Positions 9,272-19,075 of a stretch of DNA of 64,000 bases are shown in pieces. The position numbers were made by a program, and so were the translations under genes. Location: positions 1-64,000 of the IMG/VR virus record IMGVR_UViG_3300032268_000759. One strand, written 5' to 3'. The stretch is from an uncultured virus (IMG/VR IMGVR_UViG_3300032268_000759). Taxonomy: Duplodnaviria > Heunggongvirae > Uroviricota > Caudoviricetes. Under the pieces are notes generated by a model. The model was not told where the DNA came from and ran no database searches. It was given only the letters and a program-made list of their open reading frames with translations. Position 1 is the first letter of the stretch, and every line of letters starts with the position of its first letter.

Positions 9272-9919
9272 ATGAAAAAAATATTAGCAATTGTTACATC
9301 TATAATGTTATTTAGTTGTAACCAACATGAGAAAGATCATGGAAAAGAAAAAGGTGTATTAAGAATTCATGAAGGTAAATTTGCATTTTGTGGAGCATCA
9401 AGTGCTGTACCAACAGGTAAAAAAATTATAATACAAGGTGTAGAGTATAATGAAGGCTGTGCTGTTTGCCCTGTGTTAGATGGACCATCAATTTCAAACT
9501 TAGCAATGTATGGTAGTGGAGGTACTTGGGGTGAATTTAATGTAGAAAATAATTTTGAAACACCTGATGGAACAAATAATACAATATGGTCTTTATTTTG
9601 GTATTTTGATTCAACAACTACTGTTCCTCAATTTAATCCTGAAACTAAAAAGTGGGAACTAATGGCACCAATAAATCGTATGTTTACTATTGATATGAGT
9701 GACCCAGCAACCAGTGAAAGTAATATGTTCGCGATGCCAGGAATTATATTTGATACAACTGAAACAGGTATTGTTCTTGCTAAAGTATATGGTCCATTAA
9801 ATGAAGATGCTGTTCCATTAAGAATTGCAGTTCCAGTTAAAAATGGAGAAACTTCAGTTACAGCGGCTAAAGAAGGTACACCATACCCTGTAGGCACACC
9901 AATCCCTACTAGTAAATAA
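9272..9919 (+). CDS. Lipoprotein of unknown function
   Basis: SPII signal MKKILAIVTSIMLFS-C. Confidence 0.75.
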   Translation: MKKILAIVTSIMLFSCNQHEKDHGKEKGVLRIHEGKFAFCGASSAVPTGKKIIIQGVEYNEGCAVCPVLDGPSISNLAMYGSGGTWGEFNVENNFETPDGTNNTIWSLFWYFDSTTTVPQFNPETKKWELMAPINRMFTIDMSDPATSESNMFAMPGIIFDTTETGIVLAKVYGPLNEDAVPLRIAVPVKNGETSVTAAKEGTPYPVGTPIPTSK

Positions 9920-9940
9920 ATCACTTTATCAAATTAAGTT

Positions 9941-10639
9941 ATGACTAAAGTAAAGCAGGTAGAAGCTATCTTTATTTCTGATATACATTTAGGGAGTAAA
10001 GGCTCAAATGCATATCAACTACTTGAAATGCTAAAACAATATGAACCAAAGCGTTTATTCATTGTTGGTGACTTTATTGATGGTTGGTTATTAAAAAAGA
10101 GACATTACTGGACTCAAGACTTTACTAATATTATTCGTAAAATACTATCTTACTCTAAAAAAGGAACTAAAGTAATTTATATTACAGGTAACCATGATGA
10201 GTTTTTAAGACAATATTCACCAAGTGAATTTGGAAAAAATATAACTATATGTGATGAATATATTTGGAATGATTATTACATCACACATGGTGATTTATAT
10301 GATGGTGTAATTAAATTAAAGTGGCTAGCTCATTTAGGATCTGTTGGTTATGAATTAGCTATACAAATTGATCGTTTAATGAAACGATTTGGTTATAAAA
10401 GATCATTAAGTAAATGGGCTAAAGATAAAGTAAAAAATGCAGTTAAGTTTATTACTGATTTTGAAAACCAATTAGCATTTCAAGCCATTAAACGAAACTG
10501 CAAAGGTGTTATATGTGGACATATCCATAAACCTGAAGATAAACATATTCAAAAAATCCATTATCTTAATTGTGGTGACTGGATAGAAAATAATAGTTAT
10601 ATCATTTATAATGATGGTAAGTTTAAGTTATGGAACTAA
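9941..10639 (+). CDS. Calcineurin-like metallophosphoesterase, UDP-2,3-diacylglucosamine diphosphatase (LpxH-like) family
   Basis: SDIHLG, GDFID, GNHD, HGD, GHIH, NCGDW. Confidence 0.85.
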   Translation: MTKVKQVEAIFISDIHLGSKGSNAYQLLEMLKQYEPKRLFIVGDFIDGWLLKKRHYWTQDFTNIIRKILSYSKKGTKVIYITGNHDEFLRQYSPSEFGKNITICDEYIWNDYYITHGDLYDGVIKLKWLAHLGSVGYELAIQIDRLMKRFGYKRSLSKWAKDKVKNAVKFITDFENQLAFQAIKRNCKGVICGHIHKPEDKHIQKIHYLNCGDWIENNSYIIYNDGKFKLWN

Positions 10640-11049
10640 TATCAACATACATTTGTAAAACAGGTGATATAGGTGTACATTCTAATATGTTTGGAGGTCA
10701 TATAATGTCACTAATTGATGATGCCGCAGCAGCATACACTTGTCAGATTTGTGATACATTAAGAGTAGTTACAATTAAAATAGATGAATTGATATTTAAA
10801 AAACCAATCAAAGTAGGCAACATTGTTAAAGTATATGGTGAAGTTAAGGAGTTTGGTAATACATCAATTACACTATATGTTGAAGTGAGAAAACATAATG
10901 TATATACAGGTAAACAAGAAGTAGTTACCCATACTAATATTAAATTTGTTCGTATTGATGATGAAGGTAATTCATTAGCAATATCAGAACGAGTTAAGGG
11001 ACGTTATTATGAACGTGTTAAATCTATAGGTAAAGGATTATTAACTTAA
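10630..11049 (+). CDS. Hotdog-fold acyl-CoA thioesterase (YciA-like)
   Basis: NMFGGHIMSLIDDAAA...VVT...F.KPI.VG...GNTS...FV.ID. Confidence 0.88.
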   Translation: MELISTYICKTGDIGVHSNMFGGHIMSLIDDAAAAYTCQICDTLRVVTIKIDELIFKKPIKVGNIVKVYGEVKEFGNTSITLYVEVRKHNVYTGKQEVVTHTNIKFVRIDDEGNSLAISERVKGRYYERVKSIGKGLLT

Positions 11050-11068
11050 TATTTATCAATAAAACGTT

Positions 11069-11659
11069 ATGGATACTAAAGAATTCATTAAGCATGTTAA
11101 ACAGGAATGTAAAACTCATAACATTAAATGTGTTTTAAAAAATACTAAAACTGTTAAATTAACTAATGATAACGATCGCTGTTCAGGTTATTTTGATGAG
11201 GAAAGTTTAGTTGTAGCTATGAAACGTCCTGATGCAATTCAAATATTAGTTCATGAATATTGTCATTTAACTCAATGGGTTGAACAATGTGATATATGGA
11301 AAATGAGCACTAAAAATGGAAGCCATGATAAATTGTATAGATGGTTAGCAGGTGAAGAGGTTAAAGACATTGAAAAAGCAATTAACATATGCCGTGACCT
11401 GGAACTGGATAATGAAAAACGTGCAGTTAAAATGATAAAACACTTTAACTTACCTGTTGATATTGACATTTATATTAAAAAAGCAAACGCTTACATTCAA
11501 TATTATAACTATTTACCCATCTCACGTAAGTGGTGTAAACCAGGTAATAGCCCATATAAAAATGATCGTTTAGTAGAAGCCATGTCTACTAAGTTTAATA
11601 TGGATTATAATAAACTAACTAACAAGTTATTAAAACTATTCGAAGAAGAAAAAATCTAA
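11069..11659 (+). CDS. Zincin-like HExxH protein
   Basis: ILVHEYCHLTQ...ELDNE. Confidence 0.6.
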   Translation: MDTKEFIKHVKQECKTHNIKCVLKNTKTVKLTNDNDRCSGYFDEESLVVAMKRPDAIQILVHEYCHLTQWVEQCDIWKMSTKNGSHDKLYRWLAGEEVKDIEKAINICRDLELDNEKRAVKMIKHFNLPVDIDIYIKKANAYIQYYNYLPISRKWCKPGNSPYKNDRLVEAMSTKFNMDYNKLTNKLLKLFEEEKI

Positions 11660-11666
11660 CATATTT

Positions 11667-11918
11667 ATGAGTATGAATAAAATATTATTATTTCTTAATC
11701 ACCCCTTTGTAAAACTTATATTCAATAAACTTAAGGAAGTTTTTGGAAGTAAAGAATTTAAAGAACTAACAGTAGTTGAATCTACTGTTGAGCCGGTTAC
11801 AGAAGAAGTAACTATACCAAAATCAACCCCAGTTATTAAAGAAACAGTTACTACAAAGTCAGTTGCTAAAAAACCAGTTGTAAAAAATACAGGTAATAAA
11901 ACAACTAACAAAAAGTAA
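11667..11918 (+). CDS. Hypothetical protein, Lys/Thr-rich tail
   Basis: ORF after late-type motif. Confidence 0.6.
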   Translation: MSMNKILLFLNHPFVKLIFNKLKEVFGSKEFKELTVVESTVEPVTEEVTIPKSTPVIKETVTTKSVAKKPVVKNTGNKTTNKK

Positions 11919-11919
11919 C

Positions 11920-12213
11920 ATGAAAAAATTTTTTAGAGAATTATTTGATGACAATAATTCCATCAACGAAAAAGCAGTTGTTGGGTTTATTGCCTTCTTT
12001 ATGCTTGTAATAGCACTAGGTACAGATCTTATCACTGGATATTTTGGTAACCCATTAGTATTAAATGAATTCATATTTGATGGCTTCATGGTTATTGTTT
12101 TAGGTTCATTTGGAATAGCATCTGTTGATAAATGGATGAATAAAAAAGATAAAAAACATGGCGAAGAAAATAGCAACAACAGCAGCATCAACGATAGCGA
12201 AGGAGGCGAGTAA
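11920..12213 (+). CDS. Two-TM membrane protein, putative holin
   Basis: Two hydrophobic helices and a charged C-tail. Confidence 0.5.
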   Translation: MKKFFRELFDDNNSINEKAVVGFIAFFMLVIALGTDLITGYFGNPLVLNEFIFDGFMVIVLGSFGIASVDKWMNKKDKKHGEENSNNSSINDSEGGE

Positions 12214-12472
12214 CGTAGTGAAAATGCCTATCTCATTTGAGCAATTCTCAAAAGATCCAGTTAAAGGTTTATTATTTATAGTATTAATAGCAATTGGCTA
12301 TTTATATGTTGATGGTAAAATGAATTACCAAGCACAAATAGAAAAACATGAAGCAAAAATAATATTGTTAGAGAGTAAAACTGAACTATTATACACTGCC
12401 CTTAAACGTAGTGATAGTGCTCTAGCAGTAACTGTTACTAAGTTAGAAATTTTAACTCAAATATCTAAATAA
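12158..12472 (+). CDS. Single-TM coiled-coil protein (lysis cassette candidate)
   Basis: GLLFIVLIAIGYLYV + coiled coil. Confidence 0.55.
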   Translation: MAKKIATTAASTIAKEASNVVKMPISFEQFSKDPVKGLLFIVLIAIGYLYVDGKMNYQAQIEKHEAKIILLESKTELLYTALKRSDSALAVTVTKLEILTQISK

Positions 12473-12807
12473 TGAAAACACTCCTAATCTCCTTTTTATT
12501 AACGTTGCTAGTTGTATCAGCCTCAACCCCAACAAGAGAAAAAGAATCAGAAGTTGACATAGATGCTATGTTAACTAAATGCAACACAAATTTAACCAAA
12601 GCATTAACTGTTACTAAAAAAGCAGATCAACAGCAAAAAGCTAAAATGATTGAAATGCATGAAACTGTAACTAAGTTAGAAGAAGAAAAAAAAGAATTAG
12701 AAACTACATTAACTGAAACAAAACATGAATTACAAACTGTTAAAGAAGTTATCAATAGCAATGCTGTTGATACTGGTGAGCGCTTCGACATATTCCCAAA
12801 GGATTAG
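12472..12807 (+). CDS. N-terminally anchored coiled-coil protein, i-spanin (Rz)-like
   Basis: Hydrophobic N-terminus and long heptad region; overlaps the next gene by 83 nt. Confidence 0.5.
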   Translation: MKTLLISFLLTLLVVSASTPTREKESEVDIDAMLTKCNTNLTKALTVTKKADQQQKAKMIEMHETVTKLEEEKKELETTLTETKHELQTVKEVINSNAVDTGERFDIFPKD

Positions 12808-13525
12808 AATAATAGGAAACGATACATTTGTAGCATTTACTCGTGAACAAGCAAAAGCAGTTAATGATACATTTACATCTCAAAAAAACAATATTAGTCG
12901 TTTAAAAACACAGGATAGTTTAAACACAGCAAACATTCAATATCTTAAACAACAAACTGAAGCTAAACAATTAAAAGATAGTATCACTTATTTTGAGCAA
13001 ATACTTCCAACATTAACTGAAATAAAGAAATTATTAGTCACTCAAATTGAAACACCATTTAAAGGTAATGTTGAAATAGGAGTGGGAGCAGGCGCATCTA
13101 CATATTTTGGATCATATAGACCATTTAGTTCTGTTATTGATGGTAAATATTATATCCCAGTAGGTGCAGGTGTATTGAAGTATAACTTCTATAAACACTT
13201 AACAACTCAGTTTGAGGTAATGGCGACTCAAATATCAGCTGGCCCAATCAATAAACAAATAATGGCTGGCATGTTACTTGCAAATTATAACATTGCTCCT
13301 AACACATATAGTGTTCGAGTAGGTATGATCCCAGTAGTAAGTGTTGGATATACTGTATTTGGATTACCAAAAGCAGTAGTTGTAGGAGCAGGATTAAAAG
13401 GATACTTTACATCAAATACAGCACTTGAAATAAATGTTAGATACCAATTAACTAATATTGATGACATTGGAGGAAATGACCACTTTATGTGGGGTCACCT
13501 CATGATAACAAGAAAAATAAAATAA
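12725..13525 (+). CDS. Signal peptide + coiled coil + outer-membrane beta-barrel protein
   Basis: SPI signal ending STYS|Q; alternating strands EIGVGAGASTYFG, VGAGLKGYF, LEINVRYQLT, WGHLMITRKI. Confidence 0.7.
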   Translation: MNYKLLKKLSIAMLLILVSASTYSQRIRIIGNDTFVAFTREQAKAVNDTFTSQKNNISRLKTQDSLNTANIQYLKQQTEAKQLKDSITYFEQILPTLTEIKKLLVTQIETPFKGNVEIGVGAGASTYFGSYRPFSSVIDGKYYIPVGAGVLKYNFYKHLTTQFEVMATQISAGPINKQIMAGMLLANYNIAPNTYSVRVGMIPVVSVGYTVFGLPKAVVVGAGLKGYFTSNTALEINVRYQLTNIDDIGGNDHFMWGHLMITRKIK

Positions 13526-13563
13526 CGTTTGGCTCCTCCAGGAGCCTTTGTTATATTTACGTT

Positions 13564-14655
13564 ATGATATTAAATAAGTTGTATAAGCGTTCAATAACAG
13601 GAAAAGTTGTGGAATGGCAAATCGAGGTTAATAATAACAGTTACAGAACAACATCTGGATTTACAGATGGTATTAAAACAACTTCTGACTGGACACAATG
13701 TGAAGCCAAATCATACTGTACAGCAGATGAACAAGCACTTAAAGAAGCACAAGCCATACATCGTAAACGTATTGAGTTAGGTTCATTTGAAAATATAAAT
13801 GACATTGATACACCTGTATTTTTTAAACCAATGCTTGCTCATAAGTTTGAAGATTATAAAGACAAAATTAAATACCCAGTTTACACACAACCAAAACTTG
13901 ATGGTATCAGATGTATTGTAAAAGTAGATGGTATGTGGTCACGTAATGGTAAACGTATTGTATCTGCACCTCATATTTTTGAATCATTAAAAAACGTATT
14001 TGGCATTGCTCCTGATTTAATATTAGATGGGGAACTATATGCTGATAAATTTGCAAATGATTTTAATGCAATTTGTTCATTGGTTAAAAAAACAAAACCA
14101 ACAGAAGCAGATTTACTTGAATCAAAAAATAAAATTGAATATCACATTTACGATATGCCAAGTTTAGGTAATGGTACAGGAATATTCAGTAAAAGAATAA
14201 GTCATTTAGAAGGTTCTAGTTGGATTAGGGGATGTTGTAAGATAGTTAAAACTCACCTTATTGAAAATGAAACTAAGTTATTAGAGTGGTATGACTTTTA
14301 TATGGAAAGTGGATATGAGGGTCAAATGATTCGTTTAGATGAACTTTATGAAAACAAACGTTCAAAATCATTACTTAAACATAAATCATTTACTGATGAA
14401 GAATATACAATATTAGGTGTTGAAGAAGGTCAAGGTAATAAAACAGGTATGATTGGTTCATTTATATTTGAAAATAAAGATGGTAAACGATTCAATTCAT
14501 CACCTAAATTCAATTGGGAAGTATGTAAACAAATGTGGAATGAAAGAGACACATTAATAGGTAAACAAGCCACAGTCAAATATTTTAACTTAACACCTGG
14601 TGATAGTCCAGTTCCAAGATTTCCATATGTAACAGCAATTCGTGATTATGAATAG
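13564..14655 (+). CDS. ATP-dependent DNA ligase
   Basis: QPKLDGIRC (motif I), LDGELY, YEGQMIR, LLKHK, PRFP; start set at the ATG after promoter 13528. Confidence 0.93.
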   Translation: MILNKLYKRSITGKVVEWQIEVNNNSYRTTSGFTDGIKTTSDWTQCEAKSYCTADEQALKEAQAIHRKRIELGSFENINDIDTPVFFKPMLAHKFEDYKDKIKYPVYTQPKLDGIRCIVKVDGMWSRNGKRIVSAPHIFESLKNVFGIAPDLILDGELYADKFANDFNAICSLVKKTKPTEADLLESKNKIEYHIYDMPSLGNGTGIFSKRISHLEGSSWIRGCCKIVKTHLIENETKLLEWYDFYMESGYEGQMIRLDELYENKRSKSLLKHKSFTDEEYTILGVEEGQGNKTGMIGSFIFENKDGKRFNSSPKFNWEVCKQMWNERDTLIGKQATVKYFNLTPGDSPVPRFPYVTAIRDYE

Positions 14656-14710
14656 AAGTTTGGCCTCCCAAATATAAGATGTTATATTTACACTGTAATA
14701 AGAAACATAT

Positions 14711-15139
14711 ATGTTATACGAAGTTCAAAAACGATTTAAAGATGGCACTGTAACAAATGAGTTAGTTTATAGTGAGGGTGCTTACAATAGTAAAGAACAA
14801 GATATTGTTTATTGTAATGTAAATTTATTTAAATATAAATATGAGGGTAAAGTTTTACCTCCAACTGTAATTAAGGGTGGATTAGGTAAGACATATATTG
14901 TTCCTACATGGCAAGAAGTTCATCCACAAACAACATTAAAGGATATTGAATGGATTAAACCAAAACCATTAAAATTAGATTCTATTAAATTTGAAGTAAC
15001 AGGTTCAAATGGAGATAAATACAATACTGTTTATAATCCAAATACTAATAAGTGGAAATGTTCATGCCCAGGCTCTTGGCGCGCGAAAAATAGTATTTGT
15101 AAACATATTAAAGCTAAAATTGAATTAACAACAATCTAA
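14711..15139 (+). CDS. SWIM zinc-finger protein
   Basis: WKCSCPG...ICKHI. Confidence 0.8.
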   Translation: MLYEVQKRFKDGTVTNELVYSEGAYNSKEQDIVYCNVNLFKYKYEGKVLPPTVIKGGLGKTYIVPTWQEVHPQTTLKDIEWIKPKPLKLDSIKFEVTGSNGDKYNTVYNPNTNKWKCSCPGSWRAKNSICKHIKAKIELTTI

Positions 15140-15147
15140 TAAATAAT

Positions 15148-15729
15148 ATGAGAAACATTTTTAAAATTGATCCAGCAACACTTGAACCTCAACCGTTCAA
15201 TGTATTTAGAAAGATTATTATTACAACAGCAATTGTATCAACTGTCCTAAGTTCAATATTTTTATATATTGGATATAGTTTAGGTAGTGATGTATTAACA
15301 GGCTTATCAGAGGAAGAAAAATTAGTTATCATTCAAGAACATAATCAGTTTTCAGAAGATAGATTAATTGATAAACTAAAAGAGTTAAATGTTAAATTTC
15401 CTTATATAGCATTTGCTCAATCAAAACTTGAAACAGGTAATTTCACAAGTAAAGTATTTAAAGAAAATAATAATTTATTTGGGATGCGTGAAGCCAAACA
15501 ACGAATAACAACTGCTCAAGGTACAGAACATAACCATGCTTATTATACTACATGGGTTGAGTCAGTTCTTGATTACTCATTTTACCAATGTAAATACTTA
15601 TCTAGTATTAATAGTGAGGAACAGTACTTTCAATACTTAAGTCAAAGTTACGCTGAGAATCCAAACTATGTATCTATATTAAAGGGAATGATTATTAATG
15701 AAAATCTTAAAGCAAAGTTTGGCTCTTAG
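15148..15729 (+). CDS. Membrane-anchored glucosaminidase (GH73/FlgJ-like)
   Basis: AQSKLETG...NNLFG...YAENPNY; N-terminal TM. Confidence 0.82.
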   Translation: MRNIFKIDPATLEPQPFNVFRKIIITTAIVSTVLSSIFLYIGYSLGSDVLTGLSEEEKLVIIQEHNQFSEDRLIDKLKELNVKFPYIAFAQSKLETGNFTSKVFKENNNLFGMREAKQRITTAQGTEHNHAYYTTWVESVLDYSFYQCKYLSSINSEEQYFQYLSQSYAENPNYVSILKGMIINENLKAKFGS

Positions 15730-15772
15730 AAATAATGATGTTATATTTACTAGGTAATAAATAATTAAGGTT

Positions 15773-15961
15773 ATGGAAAAAAATCATATTATTATCAACT
15801 ATTATGTTGATTGGAAATCCACAGATTGGATGAAAGAATTATTTGAATTGAATGGTTTTGATTCAGATAGTATTAATTGGGATACAATGTTTGGAGGTAG
15901 CCTAAACCCAGAAACACCTGGTCGTGCACCATCTTTAAATGATAATCAAAACGGAATATGA
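15773..15961 (+). CDS. Hypothetical protein
   Basis: ORF with own promoter. Confidence 0.6.
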   Translation: MEKNHIIINYYVDWKSTDWMKELFELNGFDSDSINWDTMFGGSLNPETPGRAPSLNDNQNGI

Positions 15962-16419
15962 ACAAAGAATTTATACCTTACGAACAAGCATTAGCTCTTA
16001 AAGAGTTAGGATTTAATGAACCTTGTTTAGGATATTGGAGAAATGAAGATTTACCAAATCCTATAACTATAGGTCAATATACTACTAAAGAAGATATAGA
16101 GTATGAAATTAGTGGTCAAGATGAGTATCATAATTTTAAAAATATAATTGCACTTGCACCACTTTACCAACAAGCATTTAGATGGTTTAGAGAGAAGTAT
16201 AAAATGCATGCAGAAATAACATGGTCTCCTTCTTATGAATATGAACCTGAAAAATGGTCAGATGCTATCTATGAAATAACTTTTGTAAATGTATCTTATA
16301 CTAAAGAATGGGAAGCTGAGTCTCCAGATATGCAAAGAGCAAATGGTAAACAATTGACACACGAAGAAGCAGAACTTGAATGTTTGATTAAGTTAATAGA
16401 AATAGTAAAAACTAAATAA
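15958..16419 (+). CDS. Bacteroidota-phage conserved protein (KEFIPYEQALALKELGF family)
   Basis: ALKELGFNEPC...APLYQQAFRWFREK...EEAELECL.KLIEIVK. Confidence 0.8.
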   Translation: MNKEFIPYEQALALKELGFNEPCLGYWRNEDLPNPITIGQYTTKEDIEYEISGQDEYHNFKNIIALAPLYQQAFRWFREKYKMHAEITWSPSYEYEPEKWSDAIYEITFVNVSYTKEWEAESPDMQRANGKQLTHEEAELECLIKLIEIVKTK

Positions 16420-16420
16420 C

Positions 16421-17038
16421 ATGAAAATAGGAGATAAAGTAAGATTTACAAATGATGGTAGTTGCTCAGCACCTACAGGTTCAACAGCAAGAGTAATTGG
16501 AATCAAAGCACCTTGGATTCAAGTAGAGTGGATTGATAAAGGAGATAGTGGACAAATGAATGGAAGTTACTATCCAGAACATTTTGAAGTAATTGAAGAA
16601 GTACAAAATAATAAAACAGTTATGTCAAAACAAAAACTAACAGTATCGGTTACTGATGTATTAGAGATTCATAGGATTGCTTGCACTAATTGGAAACAGA
16701 TAATTGTAAATTACTTATCAAGAGTAAATTCAGATCAAGAAATTACATTTAATCAAGAAGAAATAGATGAAATGTTTGAGGCAGCTACCAACTACCAAAT
16801 ACCATTACTTGAAAGAATATTTGGTGTACAATATACTGAATCTACATTAAAAGGTATAGCTAATGGTAAACCATTGTTTAGAGAAGATGCTAATGGAGAT
16901 GGAAAAGCGGGTATGATTGAGGTAAGAGCAGAAGATGAATATAAAAATAAAGCGTTTTGGTTGAGTCACATTTATAATTGGGAAATGAAAGAAGATAATA
17001 GTGGTATGTTAGTTTTAATTCCAACACTTAAAGACTAA
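16421..17038 (+). CDS. Hypothetical protein
   Basis: 205-aa ORF. Confidence 0.75.
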   Translation: MKIGDKVRFTNDGSCSAPTGSTARVIGIKAPWIQVEWIDKGDSGQMNGSYYPEHFEVIEEVQNNKTVMSKQKLTVSVTDVLEIHRIACTNWKQIIVNYLSRVNSDQEITFNQEEIDEMFEAATNYQIPLLERIFGVQYTESTLKGIANGKPLFREDANGDGKAGMIEVRAEDEYKNKAFWLSHIYNWEMKEDNSGMLVLIPTLKD

Positions 17039-17733
17039 TGAAACAACTAATATTAATATTTACAATTCTTAGTATTGTTTTAATAATCAGCAATGTTTCA
17101 GCTCAAATGTCTTTTAACAACAAAACTGTGAGCGTAAGCGGCTGGGGGAATGATAATAATCCGAAAACTACCTTATGTGTCATAACCAATAATTCACCAT
17201 CTATAGCTGATTCAATGATTAATTGGTCAATAATATCTTTTGATATCCCAACAGGTTGGCAGTTTGATTTCTGTGATCCTTATGATTGTGTTTCTAATAT
17301 AGAATTAGGTTCTAACAACTTGTTTAAACTTAAAACTAAGACTTCAGGTCCTTTAAAAGGAGATTTCTATAGTAAATCAATCCCAGGTAATGCTACAATT
17401 AAAATACAATTGATATATACTAACAATTCGCACAATGCTGATACTATAATACTGATGGCAAGGGGTTGGGCAACAGGGTTAAATAATGTTAAAAAACAAA
17501 GTGAGGTAACTTTTTTTCCTAACCCAACAAAGGATATTATTACATTAAAATATGAAACAATAAAAGCAATTAATATAACTGTTTACAATGTTATGGGTGC
17601 AAAAGTAAAATCATTTATACATAGCAGTAACGAAACTTCCTTAAATATTAGCGATTTAGAAAAAGGATTGTACCATATTAGATTTTCAGACAATGGAAAC
17701 GTAACATCAAAATCATTTGTAAAAACCGAATAA
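17038..17733 (+). CDS. Secreted protein with T9SS type A C-terminal sorting domain
   Basis: Signal peptide VSA|Q; CTD FFPNPTKD...VYNVMG.KV...ISDLEKGLYHIR...KSFVK. Confidence 0.9.
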   Translation: MKQLILIFTILSIVLIISNVSAQMSFNNKTVSVSGWGNDNNPKTTLCVITNNSPSIADSMINWSIISFDIPTGWQFDFCDPYDCVSNIELGSNNLFKLKTKTSGPLKGDFYSKSIPGNATIKIQLIYTNNSHNADTIILMARGWATGLNNVKKQSEVTFFPNPTKDIITLKYETIKAINITVYNVMGAKVKSFIHSSNETSLNISDLEKGLYHIRFSDNGNVTSKSFVKTE

Positions 17734-17746
17734 AAATATAATTAAT

Positions 17747-17905
17747 ATGAAAACATTAGCAGGTTTAGTTTTATTACTAGTTATAATTCGACTATATATT
17801 ACTATTAGTAGTTTAATAGTTAATGGTTGGACATGGGATACTTTAATAGGAGTAGTAATTGTTACTTGGGGTATTTGGTTTTTTGAAAAATATAGAGCAA
17901 AATGA
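17747..17905 (+). CDS. Small two-TM protein (52 aa, not in track)
   Basis: MKTLAGLVLLLVII...WFFEKYRAK. Confidence 0.55.
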   Translation: MKTLAGLVLLLVIIRLYITISSLIVNGWTWDTLIGVVIVTWGIWFFEKYRAK

Positions 17906-18210
17906 GAAGAGCACTTAAAAAGAAAATCAATGTAATGGATGCTAGAACAACTCCATTAGAAATTATATATGAGTCACTAGTTAATTTTACTTGGGGTTTC
18001 TTAGGTAACAGCATAGTATTATTCATGGCTAAAGAAATGGATGTGGCTGTGTTTATTAATTTTATTCTATATTATACTTTAATATCATTTATTTTGAATA
18101 GAGCAAAGTACAAAACTAAATTAGGTAAATTTATTGTATTACCATTCTCAGCAGCGTTAGGTGCTTATAGTGGTTATATGTTTGCAAAATGGTTAACATT
18201 AGTTATATGA
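17902..18210 (+). CDS. Multi-TM membrane protein
   Basis: Three hydrophobic segments. Confidence 0.7.
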   Translation: MRRALKKKINVMDARTTPLEIIYESLVNFTWGFLGNSIVLFMAKEMDVAVFINFILYYTLISFILNRAKYKTKLGKFIVLPFSAALGAYSGYMFAKWLTLVI

Positions 18211-18533
18211 AAGTAATATTATTTATTTTATTAGCATTGGTTAGTTTACAATCAATAGCATCATCTCATGATTCATTATCAACATACTATTATATGGCTC
18301 CCTTAAAAGTAGAAACATTAACTGAGGAAGAAAATGATGGAGCATTAGCTATAGCATTAGGAGTGTTATTAACAGGTATTGGTATAGTTAAAGAATCAAC
18401 ACGTAAACCATATCCAAATCATGCGACAAGTATAGATCATGATCCTAACGCTCCACTAGTATTAAATTACTTATTAATTGGATCAGGATTAGGATTAACA
18501 GGTTATGGACTTAAATTAATAATTAAATTTTAA
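18207..18533 (+). CDS. Signal peptide + two-TM protein
   Basis: MKVILFILLALVSLQSIA; two further hydrophobic helices. Confidence 0.65.
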   Translation: MKVILFILLALVSLQSIASSHDSLSTYYYMAPLKVETLTEEENDGALAIALGVLLTGIGIVKESTRKPYPNHATSIDHDPNAPLVLNYLLIGSGLGLTGYGLKLIIKF

Positions 18534-18727
18534 TATATGAGTAAATCAAGTAACACTTTAAGATGGGCAGCATTAGATGCTTGGCTCTTAGGTATCAAGA
18601 AAAACACTAAACAAAAACGTAAAGTGGAAGAGAGTATTGATTACAGTAGTGGTGAAGTGATTAGACATAAAAAACCTAATCGTAAATAATGTTTGGCTCC
18701 GTGAGGAGCCTTCATTATATTTATACT

Positions 18728-18868
18728 ATGATGAAACAAGAAACAAAATTAATTAAAATTGAATTGACGGTTCAAGAAATATGGGGCGCGTCAAAACACA
18801 TGGTGGTTAAAAATAAGAAAAAATATAACCGAAAAGCAAAATATAACAAGTTTGGCTTAGCCGAATAG
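18728..18868 (+). CDS. Small basic protein (46 aa, not in track), KNKKKYNRK motif
   Basis: Between promoters 18692 and 18851. Confidence 0.6.
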   Translation: MMKQETKLIKIELTVQEIWGASKHMVVKNKKKYNRKAKYNKFGLAE

Positions 18869-19075
18869 TGATATTATATTTACAATGTAATAAAAATAAA
18901 GATTATGATAACAATAGAAATAATAGCAATGATATGGGCCATGATAACATCGTTTTATGGTTTAATAGCTAAAGTAAATAATGCAAGTGCATTTTTTATA
19001 TTACTTATTAAATTCATATCGTTTATAACTTTTATATGGTTCGGTTACAAATTAATACTATTAATACCTTAAATT

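Noticed and set aside
13489-13563. Upstream N-terminal extensions in the track (also 3279, 4130, 53686, 55440, 59992)
   Set aside because: They run through promoter or terminator elements; the downstream ATGs fit the promoters.
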